A DNA stretch of 64,000 nt from Candidatus Accumulibacter iunctus (GCA_002345025.1 DDUX01000154.1:28075-92074), one strand, 5' to 3'; positions 10,405 to 18,729 are shown, numbered from the stretch's first letter. Program-made: numbers and translations. Notes: a model not told the origin generated them from the letters alone.

Positions 10405-10488
10405 AATATAACGGTCATCGCTGCGGCAGTCAAATCCAGCGCCGGGATCATCGAGCTGACGCTCGAACAGTCGTTCTGACGATCCCAG

Positions 10489-11538
10489 TCACTTCAACCC
10501 GTACCAAACACCGCGTCCACTGCCATGCTGCTCCAGATGGTTGCGCCCGGTCAGGTCGCGGAAGTGCTGCTTGAGGGTATTGCGGCTGGCTCCGGTCAGT
10601 TTGATCGCATCCATCATCGTGACGCGCCCATGTTCGCGGGCAAATTCGACGATCTGCAGTGACAGTTCGGGCAGCGCGGCCAGCACGATCCTCTCGCGCT
10701 CGACCTTCTTCTCCAGGCGCCGAACCTGTTCGGCCAGCGAGCGCAAGAAGAACACCAGCCAGGGCTGCCAGTTGGGAGCCCTCGCGCGGATGGTGCCCTG
10801 TGTCTGGCGCAGGGCCAGGTAATAGGCTTCCTTGTTCAGCTCGATCACACGCTCCAGCGAGCTGTACGGCACATGGGCGTAACCGGCCTGGAGCAGCAGC
10901 AGGGTCGTCAGCACCCGGCTCAAACGTCCGTTGCCATCCTGGAAAGGGTGAATTTCCAGAAACACCACCACGAAGATCGCGATGATCAACAAGGGGTGCA
11001 GATGCCTCTTCTCCCGTTCGTCGTTCACCCACGACGCCAATTCGGCCATTAAACGTGGCGTGTCAAACGGTGTGGCGGTCTCGAAAACGATGCCGATCTG
11101 TGTCCCTTTTTCATCGAAGGCGGCGACGCTGTTTGAATTCGTCTTGTACTGCCCCCGGTGGCGCGTATCCCTTTCACTGTGGCGCAGCAGGATCTGGTGC
11201 AGTTGCTTGATGTGGTTCTCGTTGACGGGGATGTCCTGCCACGAGCTGAACACCAGATGCATCAGTTCAGCGTAACCGGCCACTTCCTGCTCGTCACGGG
11301 TGTCAAAGGACTGGATGGCCAGATTGGAGAGCAGGCGCTCGACCTCGCGGTCAGTCAGCTTGCTGCCCTCGATACGCGTGGACGAACCGATGCTTTCGAT
11401 GGTCGCAACCCGCCGCAGCGCCGAAAGGCGATCCGGTGCGAGGGTTCCCAAGGCCCGCCAGGCGCCTTTGAATTCGTCGATCCGGGCAATCAGGCTCAGG
11501 ATCTCGGGTGTGATCTGGAGGGTGTCTGAACGTAGCAT
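10489..11538 (-). CDS. Fic family protein (class II, N-terminal inhibitory helix, C-terminal winged-helix)
   Basis: Canonical Fic motif HPFQDGNGRLSR. Inhibitory motif [ST]xxxE[GN] is present as STRIEG. The C-terminal HTH-like tail is ...MMDAIKLTGASRNTLKQHFRDL.... The start is ambiguous (11538 preferred, 11568 possible). The TTG-initiated 390-aa ORF would read through a palindrome and a CRISPR repeat. Confidence 0.85.
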   Translation of the reverse strand: MLRSDTLQITPEILSLIARIDEFKGAWRALGTLAPDRLSALRRVATIESIGSSTRIEGSKLTDREVERLLSNLAIQSFDTRDEQEVAGYAELMHLVFSSWQDIPVNENHIKQLHQILLRHSERDTRHRGQYKTNSNSVAAFDEKGTQIGIVFETATPFDTPRLMAELASWVNDEREKRHLHPLLIIAIFVVVFLEIHPFQDGNGRLSRVLTTLLLLQAGYAHVPYSSLERVIELNKEAYYLALRQTQGTIRARAPNWQPWLVFFLRSLAEQVRRLEKKVERERIVLAALPELSLQIVEFAREHGRVTMMDAIKLTGASRNTLKQHFRDLTGRNHLEQHGSGRGVWYGLK

Positions 11539-11552
11539 GAAACCAATAGTAA

Positions 11553-11606
11553 ACCCATTAACACCCATTTTGAAGCCGAGCGGCCTAGGAATGGGTGTAA
11601 ATGGGT
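11553..11606. promoter_or_regulatory. Four-heptad operator-like element (2x ACCCATT, 22-nt spacer, 2x AATGGGT) upstream of fic
   Basis: ACCCATT at 11553 and 11563; AATGGGT at 11590 and 11600. The 17-nt arms are inverted repeats identical except for one base in the 3-nt linker. The element starts 15 nt upstream of the fic ATG. Confidence 0.55.
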
Positions 11607-11661
11607 AATTTCTTGCTTTGCTCTGAATCGAACGCCTTAGGCGTCGGGTGTTGGTCAGCAA

Positions 11662-11763
11662 GTTTCAATCCACGCGCGCCCGTGAGCCGCGCGACCGTTG
11701 GTTGTGAGCGAAACGACGGCGAAGAACGCGTTTCAACCCACGCGCGCGAGCAAGTCGACGCTG
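11662..11763 (-). CRISPR. Vestigial mini-array: one intact type I-C-like repeat, a 34-nt spacer, and one half-degenerate repeat
   Basis: The minus-strand sense repeat GTCGCGCGGCTCACGGGCGCGCGTGGATTGAAAC (11695..11662) closely resembles the Desulfovibrio vulgaris I-C repeat as I recall it (GTCGCGCCCCGCACGGGCGCGTGGATTGAAAC). A second copy 68 nt away (11763..11730) keeps 17 of the 18 nt at the 3' handle end (...GCGCGCGTGGGTTGAAAC) and is unrelated beyond that. Confidence 0.75.
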
Positions 11764-12114
11764 AACCGTCTGGAACATGCTCCGGAGGCGGATCACGACG
11801 ATCGCGACCACAGGGTTGCCCACGACCGGGGACGGTAGGCCAGCATTTTGTGAACGGGTTCATCGCAGCGCACGAGAGGGCGCCGGACGAGACTGTCCTG
11901 CACCTGGACGCGATCGACCTGGATCACAACTCGCTATCGGGGCTAGAGAGGACTGGTGATGGTGTCTGTGCAGGTAATGTAGGTGTCTGCTGATGTCTGC
12001 GCTGTTCGATTCCACGGTTGGAAACGGCACCGGTGTCCTTGCCAAAAAAATTGGTGAGTGGGTTGAAAGAGTGATTGAAATCCAGGGACTTCTTGCGCCA
12101 CCCCGTTCGGCCAA

Positions 12115-13035
12115 TTAAAGCATCGCGTCATGAAGCCGCCATCCGTCCCCTGCCCGCCATGTCATGGCGTAACTGTCCCTCGCGGCGACCGACCCCAGCA
12201 GCGGCAATAGAAAATTTCGCAGATCGGCGATCACTGCCGCCAGCGGGATCAGAGCGATGGCGTTCTTGTGCAGGAACGCCTGCCATTGTTTTTCCTTCTG
12301 AGCGTCGTTGATGAACTCGTCACTCAACCCGATCGGCACACCCATGGGAATCGCGGTGCGCCGACGCTCGAACGTGGCCGCGACGGCCCGCGACAACACC
12401 GTGCCGTCGAAGTCCGAATGCTTTGCCAGCACCCAGAGGTCGAAGAAATCCTTCATCCGGCTGTTCAGCATGCCGAGCGACGTCAGCGCCTCCAACTTCT
12501 CCGCAATGACCGTGTAACGAGGATAGGCGCGGAGTTGCGGCGCGGGCATCTCGCCAAGGAGGACGGGGTAGTGGACGTCCTCCGGGCCTGGTACGACGGC
12601 ATCCCCGAATCCGATGTCGACCCGCACTGGGCAACGGGCACTGTCCAGCAGCCCCATGAGCGTCACCCGAAAGCCGGCATAGTGCGCCTCCTTGCGGATC
12701 TCGACGGCCGTCACGGAATCAGGCTGAAACACGATGCCGTCCTCAACCTCAATGCGGCAGATGTCCTGGAAGACCTTTGCCAGATGAGGAATCTCGGCTG
12801 ATCCGAACCCAAGGAAATCGGCATCGTGGGTGGGCCGATGCGGCACGTCGAACCACAGGTCGAACAGCAACGCGCCCTTGAGCAGAAACTGGTCGCGCTG
12901 ATCCGAGATGCTCAAGCGGTAGAGCAGGCGCTCCAGCGCATAGCGGGTTAGCAACAGATTGTAGTCCAGCCTATCGGCGCGGGCCTTGTTGAGCAGTCGA
13001 TCCCGGATGGAGGCTCCAATATTCCGGACCGTCAT
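12115..13035 (-). CDS. abiEii: Nucleotidyltransferase AbiEii/AbiGii toxin (type IV TA / abortive infection)
   Basis: N-terminus MTVRNIGASIRDRLLNKARADRLDYNLLLTRYALERLLYRLS...LLKGALLF..DADFLG is typical of AbiEii. ATGA overlap with the upstream AbiEi gene. Confidence 0.85.
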   Translation of the reverse strand: MTVRNIGASIRDRLLNKARADRLDYNLLLTRYALERLLYRLSISDQRDQFLLKGALLFDLWFDVPHRPTHDADFLGFGSAEIPHLAKVFQDICRIEVEDGIVFQPDSVTAVEIRKEAHYAGFRVTLMGLLDSARCPVRVDIGFGDAVVPGPEDVHYPVLLGEMPAPQLRAYPRYTVIAEKLEALTSLGMLNSRMKDFFDLWVLAKHSDFDGTVLSRAVAATFERRRTAIPMGVPIGLSDEFINDAQKEKQWQAFLHKNAIALIPLAAVIADLRNFLLPLLGSVAARDSYAMTWRAGDGWRLHDAML

Positions 13036-13631
13036 CCCAGGCTTTCCAGGTAGGGACGCATCACGTTGGCGACACGGCAAACCTTGGCGTAGCGCCAGAT
13101 GTCGTCACTGGTTACGCGTTTCTCGTGCCATGCCTCACGTAGCGCTTCCAGGGCAACGTCAAGGCCGATCTTGTTGCGGTATTTAAAGCAGTCGGCGACG
13201 GTCTTCGCGACGCAGGTGACGCGGACGGTCACCCTGTCCACGGCATGTTCCTCGACACCCTCGGTGAGTGCCGCACCCGAAAAGCGGACGATGCGTAGCG
13301 GCGGGTAATCGAGCTTCGGCGCGATGGACTTGTTCTCGATAGCCAGCCACACTGCAAACGGGGCCTGGGTGGTCAGGCCATGAAAACGAAGTGCCGAGAG
13401 TAGGCAGACGATTCCTTTGGGCACCCGGCGCGCCACTTCTGCCAGCGCCCCGTGGGCGGAAACCTCTCGCCCGGGCAGCCCGTAGAGACCCCGTCCAACG
13501 CGCTCCAGTTGCCCACGGCAAACGGCACGTGTCAGGGAAACCCGGGAGATTCCCAGAGGTGCCAGATCACACGGGCGGATCAGCCCTTGGGATCGCGCCA
13601 AGTCGATCAGCCTCTCGGCAACGTTGTTCAT
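13032..13631 (-). CDS. abiEi: AbiEi antitoxin / transcriptional autoregulator
   Basis: AbiEi-like sequence (RLIDLARSQGLIRPCDLAPLGISRVSLTRAVCRGQLERVGRGLY...), translationally coupled to the abiEii-like gene. Confidence 0.8.
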   Translation of the reverse strand: MNNVAERLIDLARSQGLIRPCDLAPLGISRVSLTRAVCRGQLERVGRGLYGLPGREVSAHGALAEVARRVPKGIVCLLSALRFHGLTTQAPFAVWLAIENKSIAPKLDYPPLRIVRFSGAALTEGVEEHAVDRVTVRVTCVAKTVADCFKYRNKIGLDVALEALREAWHEKRVTSDDIWRYAKVCRVANVMRPYLESLG

Positions 13632-13946
13632 GTCGGGCATGGTGGGCCATAACATCGGTAAATGTCAATAATTGCCGATGACGTGGAACACGTCGTGGTG
13701 CGGCACACCCAAACCGACTTCGATCCTATCGCAGCTGTCGGAGCGAAAGATGAGGCCATTCCGGGCAAGCAACGCCAGAGAGAAAGATGGCCCGGAGCGA
13801 GTGGAATATGACAAATCAAATCGGTCTTGCTTTGTCGACGTGCCCCACCTCAATTTTCGGCCAGGCAACACCGGTTACGTTTGCGTATCCACACATAAAA
13901 CGAGGCATACTGCCCGAGAAGACGAGACGAGCAGGAAGCAATAGAC

Positions 13947-14981
13947 ATGACTGGAATCAACCGCACCGACCGCTTGCGCCAGATCCAGGGACTACTCAGC
14001 CCCCGCCGCGTCACTTGCCGAAGTGAACTGATGGAAAAGTTCGGCATCTCTCGCGCCACCCTTGGTCGGGACATCCAGGAGTTGCGAGACCGCTTCCAGG
14101 TTCCCATTGACTACGACCCGGAATACGGCGGCTACCGACTCGGCGCTCCTGAAGAAGCCGGAGGCCAGTTCGAACTGCCACACATGTGGTTCTCTGCGGA
14201 AGAGATCCACGCGCTCCTGACCATGCAGCATCTCCTGAGCAACCTCGACACCAGCGGCCTGCTGGGGAGCCAGATCAAGCCACTGCTCAATCGTTTGACG
14301 AAACTGCTGGGAGCGGGTGACAACCCGAGCGCGGAAGTGGCTCGCCGAATCCGAATAGAAACCGTCGCTGCCCGATCCTACCGCCTGGAACATTTCCAGG
14401 CCGTGGGCAGTGGTCTATTGCGACGGCGCCGGCTGGTGATCGGCTACCATGCCCGCGGCACAGACGAGCACACCCGGCGCGAAGTATCGCCTCAGCGCCT
14501 GGTGCACTATCGGGACAACTGGTATCTCGACGCTTGGTGCCACCTGCGCAACCAGCTGCGCGCATTCGCCGTCGACGCGATCCGCGATGTCCGGGTGCTC
14601 GATCGACCGGCCGTCGACATCGACGACACTGAGCTGGATCGGGAATTGGGTAGTGGCTACGGCATTTTCTCGGGCGCCTCGGTGCTCTGGGCCAAGCTAC
14701 TCTTCAGCGCCGAGCGCGCACGGTGGGTAGCCAATGAAAAGTGGCACCCGGCCCAGCGGGGCCGTTTCCTGGACGACGGACGCTATTGGCTATCCCTTCC
14801 CTACAGCCGCGAGCCGGAACTTATCATGGACATCCTGCGCCATGGCCGTCACGTGACGGTACTGGCCCCCGACTCGCTGCGCGACGCAGTTCAGCAGGAG
14901 CACCTCGCGGCGAGCAAGAATCTGGGCGCGTGCTCACAAATTGAGCCTGCCGACCTTCACAATCAGGACAAAGAGGCGTGA
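13947..14981 (+). CDS. HTH + WYL domain transcriptional regulator (YafY/BrxR/CapW-like architecture)
   Basis: N-terminal HTH (CRSELMEKFGISRATLGRDIQELR) and a central WYL segment (LVHYRDNWYLDAWCHLRNQLRAFAVDAI). AGGAAG RBS. Same strand as the cas genes and directly upstream of them. Confidence 0.85.
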   Translation: MTGINRTDRLRQIQGLLSPRRVTCRSELMEKFGISRATLGRDIQELRDRFQVPIDYDPEYGGYRLGAPEEAGGQFELPHMWFSAEEIHALLTMQHLLSNLDTSGLLGSQIKPLLNRLTKLLGAGDNPSAEVARRIRIETVAARSYRLEHFQAVGSGLLRRRRLVIGYHARGTDEHTRREVSPQRLVHYRDNWYLDAWCHLRNQLRAFAVDAIRDVRVLDRPAVDIDDTELDRELGSGYGIFSGASVLWAKLLFSAERARWVANEKWHPAQRGRFLDDGRYWLSLPYSREPELIMDILRHGRHVTVLAPDSLRDAVQQEHLAASKNLGACSQIEPADLHNQDKEA

Positions 14982-15039
14982 CGCCCTCACACGAATCCGC
15001 ATCCCGGCACAACCGAAACCCTTGGAGCCAATCGCAATC

Positions 15040-15645
15040 ATGGAATCACCCAGGATAGACCTCCTTTTTCCGCTGCATGGCCATGAAATTCCCCTGGATC
15101 ACGGCTATGCGCTGTACGCTGCGCTATCCCATGCGCTCGAATCCGCGACCGACCCCTGGCTGCACACACGAGAGGATGTGGGTTTGCACCTCATCCGAGG
15201 GAGCTATCGTGGAAAGGGCCGCTTGGCGCTGAGCCCCGCATCGCGGATTGCCATCCGCCTGCCGGTAACGCTGGTCCACAAGTTCCTTCTCCTGGCGGGC
15301 CAACAACTGACGCTGGGTACCGACCCGCTGCGCTTGGGAATCCCTCAACCCCAAGCCCTCCAGCCTGCTCCCGCGCTCTACGCCCACTTGGTCACCACCC
15401 GTAACGGCCAGGATGAGAGTCGGTTCGACACCGAAATGGCTCACCAATTGGCCGAACTGGCGATTCGAGGTAGCCCGCAACGTGGTCCCCGACGAAGTTT
15501 CACGATCAAGGACAGGAAAGTCGTTGCTCACACGCTGCTGGTCAGCGAATTGACGGCAGAGGAATCCATACGGCTGCAGGAACATGGGCTGGGAGGAAGA
15601 CGGAAGCTGGGGTGTGGAGTGTTTGTACCATGGCAAACGAGATGA
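15040..15645 (+). CDS. cas6: Cas6-family RAMP protein, Cas6/Cmx6 (MYXAN-subtype)-like
   Basis: 201 aa. The C-terminal glycine-rich RAMP loop GLGGRRKLGCGVF parallels GVGHAKAFGCGLL in the locus Cas6e. I recognise the N-terminus IDLLFPLHGHEIPLDHGYALYAALS as Cmx6-like. It sits immediately 5' of a cas3-like start. No profile search was run. Confidence 0.55.
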   Translation: MESPRIDLLFPLHGHEIPLDHGYALYAALSHALESATDPWLHTREDVGLHLIRGSYRGKGRLALSPASRIAIRLPVTLVHKFLLLAGQQLTLGTDPLRLGIPQPQALQPAPALYAHLVTTRNGQDESRFDTEMAHQLAELAIRGSPQRGPRRSFTIKDRKVVAHTLLVSELTAEESIRLQEHGLGGRRKLGCGVFVPWQTR

Positions 15646-15896
15646 CTCTTCTCCTTGCCAAATCGGTCCCGAAAGGCCAGACCCCGAAAACTCTGGTAGC
15701 CCACTCTCTGGAAGTAATGGACGCTTTTGTCGGTCTGTTTGGCACCTTGGTTGAGCCAACACGGCTAGGGCAACGATGGCTGGCTTTTTTCGGGCTGCCG
15801 AACGCGCTTTGGCCGGTTTTCTACCGCCACGGAGCAAAACAGGCGAAACCGGGCTCAGAGTTTGCGCCTGCACGCGTTCATAATGGCTGCCAATAG
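15630..15896 (+). pseudogene. Probable 5' stub of a second cas3 (HD-domain N-terminus only)
   Basis: The 88-aa ORF overlaps the cmx6-like stop by 16 nt. LLAKSVPKGQTPKTLVAHSLEVMDAF resembles the Cas3 HD N-terminal pattern (AHS/AKS ... L.eHL..V), but no HD dyad or helicase motifs follow. It ends 31 nt before the I-E cas3 ATG. Confidence 0.35.
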
Positions 15897-15927
15897 AGGC
15901 GAACACGGCACGCACAGGAGATGAACG

Positions 15928-18729
15928 ATGCGAGATGAGGCGCAGAGTTACTTCCGTTACTGGGGCAAGGCGCGGGCGACGGGTCTGCAGAACGATGCGT
16001 ACCACCTGCTCGTGTACCACTGCCTCGACGTTGCCGCGGTTGGAACCCTCTACCTGCGCCGCTCCCCGGCGTTACTGGACATCTTCCGACACCTCACCGG
16101 CTTCGCAGACGACGAACGGCTCCTGAAGTGGCTGGCGTTCTGGTTGGCTTTGCACGACGTCGGAAAGTTCGCCGAAGCTTTTCAGGGCCAGCAGCCCCAC
16201 ATCGTCGCCTCGCTGCGTGGGCGCGAGCCGCTGGCGTCGAAAACCTATAGCCTGCGGCACGATAGCCTCGGCTGGTTGTTCTGGACAGAAGTCCTTCGGG
16301 ACAAGGCTGCGGCAGAAAGCTGGTTCGGAGCGCGCACTTCCTCCGCCCTCAAGGGGCTGGACTGGTGGGCCAGGGCGGTGACGGGCCACCACGGCATGCC
16401 CCCGCAGCCGGCGAGCGATTGGTTGAGCCACTTCGACAGGGACGACCGCGCGGCTATCTGTGCCTTTGTCGCCGAGTTGCTGGAACTCTTCCTTCCGGGA
16501 GAGCCGCCATGCCTCCCGTCTGCCGATGGTGCCAGGCGCTTTTCGGCGGCGAGCCGTGATGCGTCTTGGTGGCTCGCGGGACTGACCGTTCTTGCAGACT
16601 GGCTGGGGTCGAATTCCGATCGCTTTACTTATGTGACGGCAGCCGTACCGCTGCGCGAATACTGGTTGCGCAGCAAGGGCGTGGCGGTACAGGCGCTTGA
16701 AGCGTCTGGTGTTTTGCCAGCGGCGCAGCGAGTCGACGTGTCGTTCGGCGACCTGTTTCCCGGTATCCAGTCACCCTCTCCCTTGCAGAATTGGGCTTGC
16801 CGTGTGGAGCTGTCGCCGGGACCCCAGATCTACATCCTCGAGGACGTCACCGGTGCCGGGAAAACCGAAGCGGCATTGAAGCTCGCACAGCGGCTGATGG
16901 CAGCAGGCCGCGCCGATGGGTTTTTCGTCGCTTTACCGACGATGGCCACCGCAAACGCGATGTACGGGCGCATAGCCAGTGTGTACCGCCGCCTGTTCAT
17001 GGGCAACGCGAGCCTCGTTCTGGCCAACGGCCAACGTGATCTCGTCGAACTGTTCGCTGCCTCGGTCGTTCCACCTGGCCCTGCTGATACCAGTGTGGGC
17101 GACGAGACGGCAACGGCTCGCTGCACCGCCTGGTTGGCTGACCACAACAAACGTGCGTTGCTCGCCCCCGCTGGCGTAGGTACGATCGACCAAGCCCTGC
17201 TTGCCGTTCTTACCAGCAAGCACCAGTGTCTGCGGCTACTCGGTCTGCTCCGTAAGGTTCTGGTGGTGGACGAGGTGCATGCGTGCGATGCCTACATGCA
17301 GCGAGTCCTCGAAACGCTGCTCGAGTTTCACGCACGCTCTGGCGGCAGCGCCATCCTCCTCTCGGCGACCCTGACCGATCGCATGAAGGAGGAACTGGTT
17401 GAAGCCTTTGCGCACGGCTGTCGCGCCGATCCACCGCGACCGGCTGCGGCATCGGAAACTCCGTATCCGCTGGTCAGCCGCTGGTCGCCAGCGCGACCAG
17501 ATGTGCTTGAACAGAAGCCGCTGGGGACCCGCTTCGACGTTCGCCGCCCGCTCGGTGTGCGCTACATCAGCGAGCCTGATCTGGTTGTTGGCGTCATTGA
17601 AGCGGCGCTGGCTGCTGGCAAGTGTGTTTGCTGGATGCGCAACACCGTTGCCGATGCGCTCGATGCCCACTCTTTGTTCCAGGAGCGCATTCCGGCCGAC
17701 AGGATCATTCTTTTTCACGCCCGCTTCGCGCTGCGCGATCGACTCCATGCTGAAGACCGCGTCCTTGCGGCGTTCGGGAAGGACAGCACTCCGGAGTCCC
17801 GTGCGGGGCGGCTGGTGATCGCCACGCAAGTGGTCGAACAGAGTCTGGACGCCGACTGGGACTTGGTGATCAGCGATCTGGCGCCTGTTGATCGTCTGAT
17901 CCAGCGTGCCGGCCGGCTGCAACGTCATCCGCGCGACACTGCCGGAAGGCGGCTCGCCGACCCTCGCGCGACCGATATGCGCGGCACACCTTGCCTGTGG
18001 GTTCTCGGGCCCGTCTGGGAGGAGAATCCCGATGCAGCCTGGTTTACCGCGGCGTTCCCGCGAGCTGCCAAGGTCTATCCTCACCACGGGCAGCTATGGC
18101 TGACCGCCCAGGCGCTGCGGAAAGCGGATTTCATCACCATGCCCGACGACGCACGTCGCCTTATCGAGTGCGTGTTTGGCGGTGAAACGCCGCTACCGGA
18201 GGCACTGGAAGAGAACGCGATGCGGGCCGTGGGCCAAGCCTACGCCGACGCGGCCGCCGCACAGCAGAACACGGTCAAGCTGGGAAACGGTTACGTTCAT
18301 TGCGGTCTCGACTGGTGGGGGGAGGCAAAGAGCCCTTCGCGGCTTGGCGAGGTGACTGCGACGGTCGTTCTCGCGTGTTGGCGTGGCGACCAGCTGAAGC
18401 TCTGGGCGCCTGGGGCGCTTGCGTACAGCAGCCTGCGCGTTGCCGAGCGGCTGATTGCTGAGGCGATGGAGCCCGAAGAGATGTCCCGGCGAGCCGAGTT
18501 CAATCGGTTTCGGCAGGACTTGCCAGATCACGGGAAATGGTCGGTGGTCCTGGCGCTCGATGAAACACCAGAAGGATGGATTGGGGAGGCCTGGCGGCAG
18601 CCACTGAAAGGACAGCGAGAGCGGGCGCGTTGGCAGTACTGCGCAAAGCTCGGGTTGCGGCAGGTGGTTGCGCCGAGTGCGGCGCACTCGGCGCTGCCCC
18701 GCGATGCGCGGGGAACGGATCGGTCATGA
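15928..18729 (+). CDS. cas3: Type I-E Cas3 (HD nuclease + SF2 helicase)
   Basis: N-terminus YFRYWGKA...YHLLVYHCLDVAAV...LHDVGKF is the HD domain. Helicase motifs GAGKTEA and VVDEVH are present. 933 aa, with an AGGAG RBS. Confidence 0.95.
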   Translation: MRDEAQSYFRYWGKARATGLQNDAYHLLVYHCLDVAAVGTLYLRRSPALLDIFRHLTGFADDERLLKWLAFWLALHDVGKFAEAFQGQQPHIVASLRGREPLASKTYSLRHDSLGWLFWTEVLRDKAAAESWFGARTSSALKGLDWWARAVTGHHGMPPQPASDWLSHFDRDDRAAICAFVAELLELFLPGEPPCLPSADGARRFSAASRDASWWLAGLTVLADWLGSNSDRFTYVTAAVPLREYWLRSKGVAVQALEASGVLPAAQRVDVSFGDLFPGIQSPSPLQNWACRVELSPGPQIYILEDVTGAGKTEAALKLAQRLMAAGRADGFFVALPTMATANAMYGRIASVYRRLFMGNASLVLANGQRDLVELFAASVVPPGPADTSVGDETATARCTAWLADHNKRALLAPAGVGTIDQALLAVLTSKHQCLRLLGLLRKVLVVDEVHACDAYMQRVLETLLEFHARSGGSAILLSATLTDRMKEELVEAFAHGCRADPPRPAAASETPYPLVSRWSPARPDVLEQKPLGTRFDVRRPLGVRYISEPDLVVGVIEAALAAGKCVCWMRNTVADALDAHSLFQERIPADRIILFHARFALRDRLHAEDRVLAAFGKDSTPESRAGRLVIATQVVEQSLDADWDLVISDLAPVDRLIQRAGRLQRHPRDTAGRRLADPRATDMRGTPCLWVLGPVWEENPDAAWFTAAFPRAAKVYPHHGQLWLTAQALRKADFITMPDDARRLIECVFGGETPLPEALEENAMRAVGQAYADAAAAQQNTVKLGNGYVHCGLDWWGEAKSPSRLGEVTATVVLACWRGDQLKLWAPGALAYSSLRVAERLIAEAMEPEEMSRRAEFNRFRQDLPDHGKWSVVLALDETPEGWIGEAWRQPLKGQRERARWQYCAKLGLRQVVAPSAAHSALPRDARGTDRS

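Noticed and set aside
12012-12081. Three plus-strand motifs resemble the 3' end of the I-C-like repeat: CCACGGTTGGAAAC at 12012..12025, GTGGGTTGAAAG at 12058..12069 and GTGATTGAAAT at 12071..12081.
   Set aside because: Their spacing (about 43 and 13 nt) is not array-like, and the sequences upstream of them show no convincing similarity to the repeat 5' half. They are possibly further debris of the lost array, but this is not supportable as a feature.
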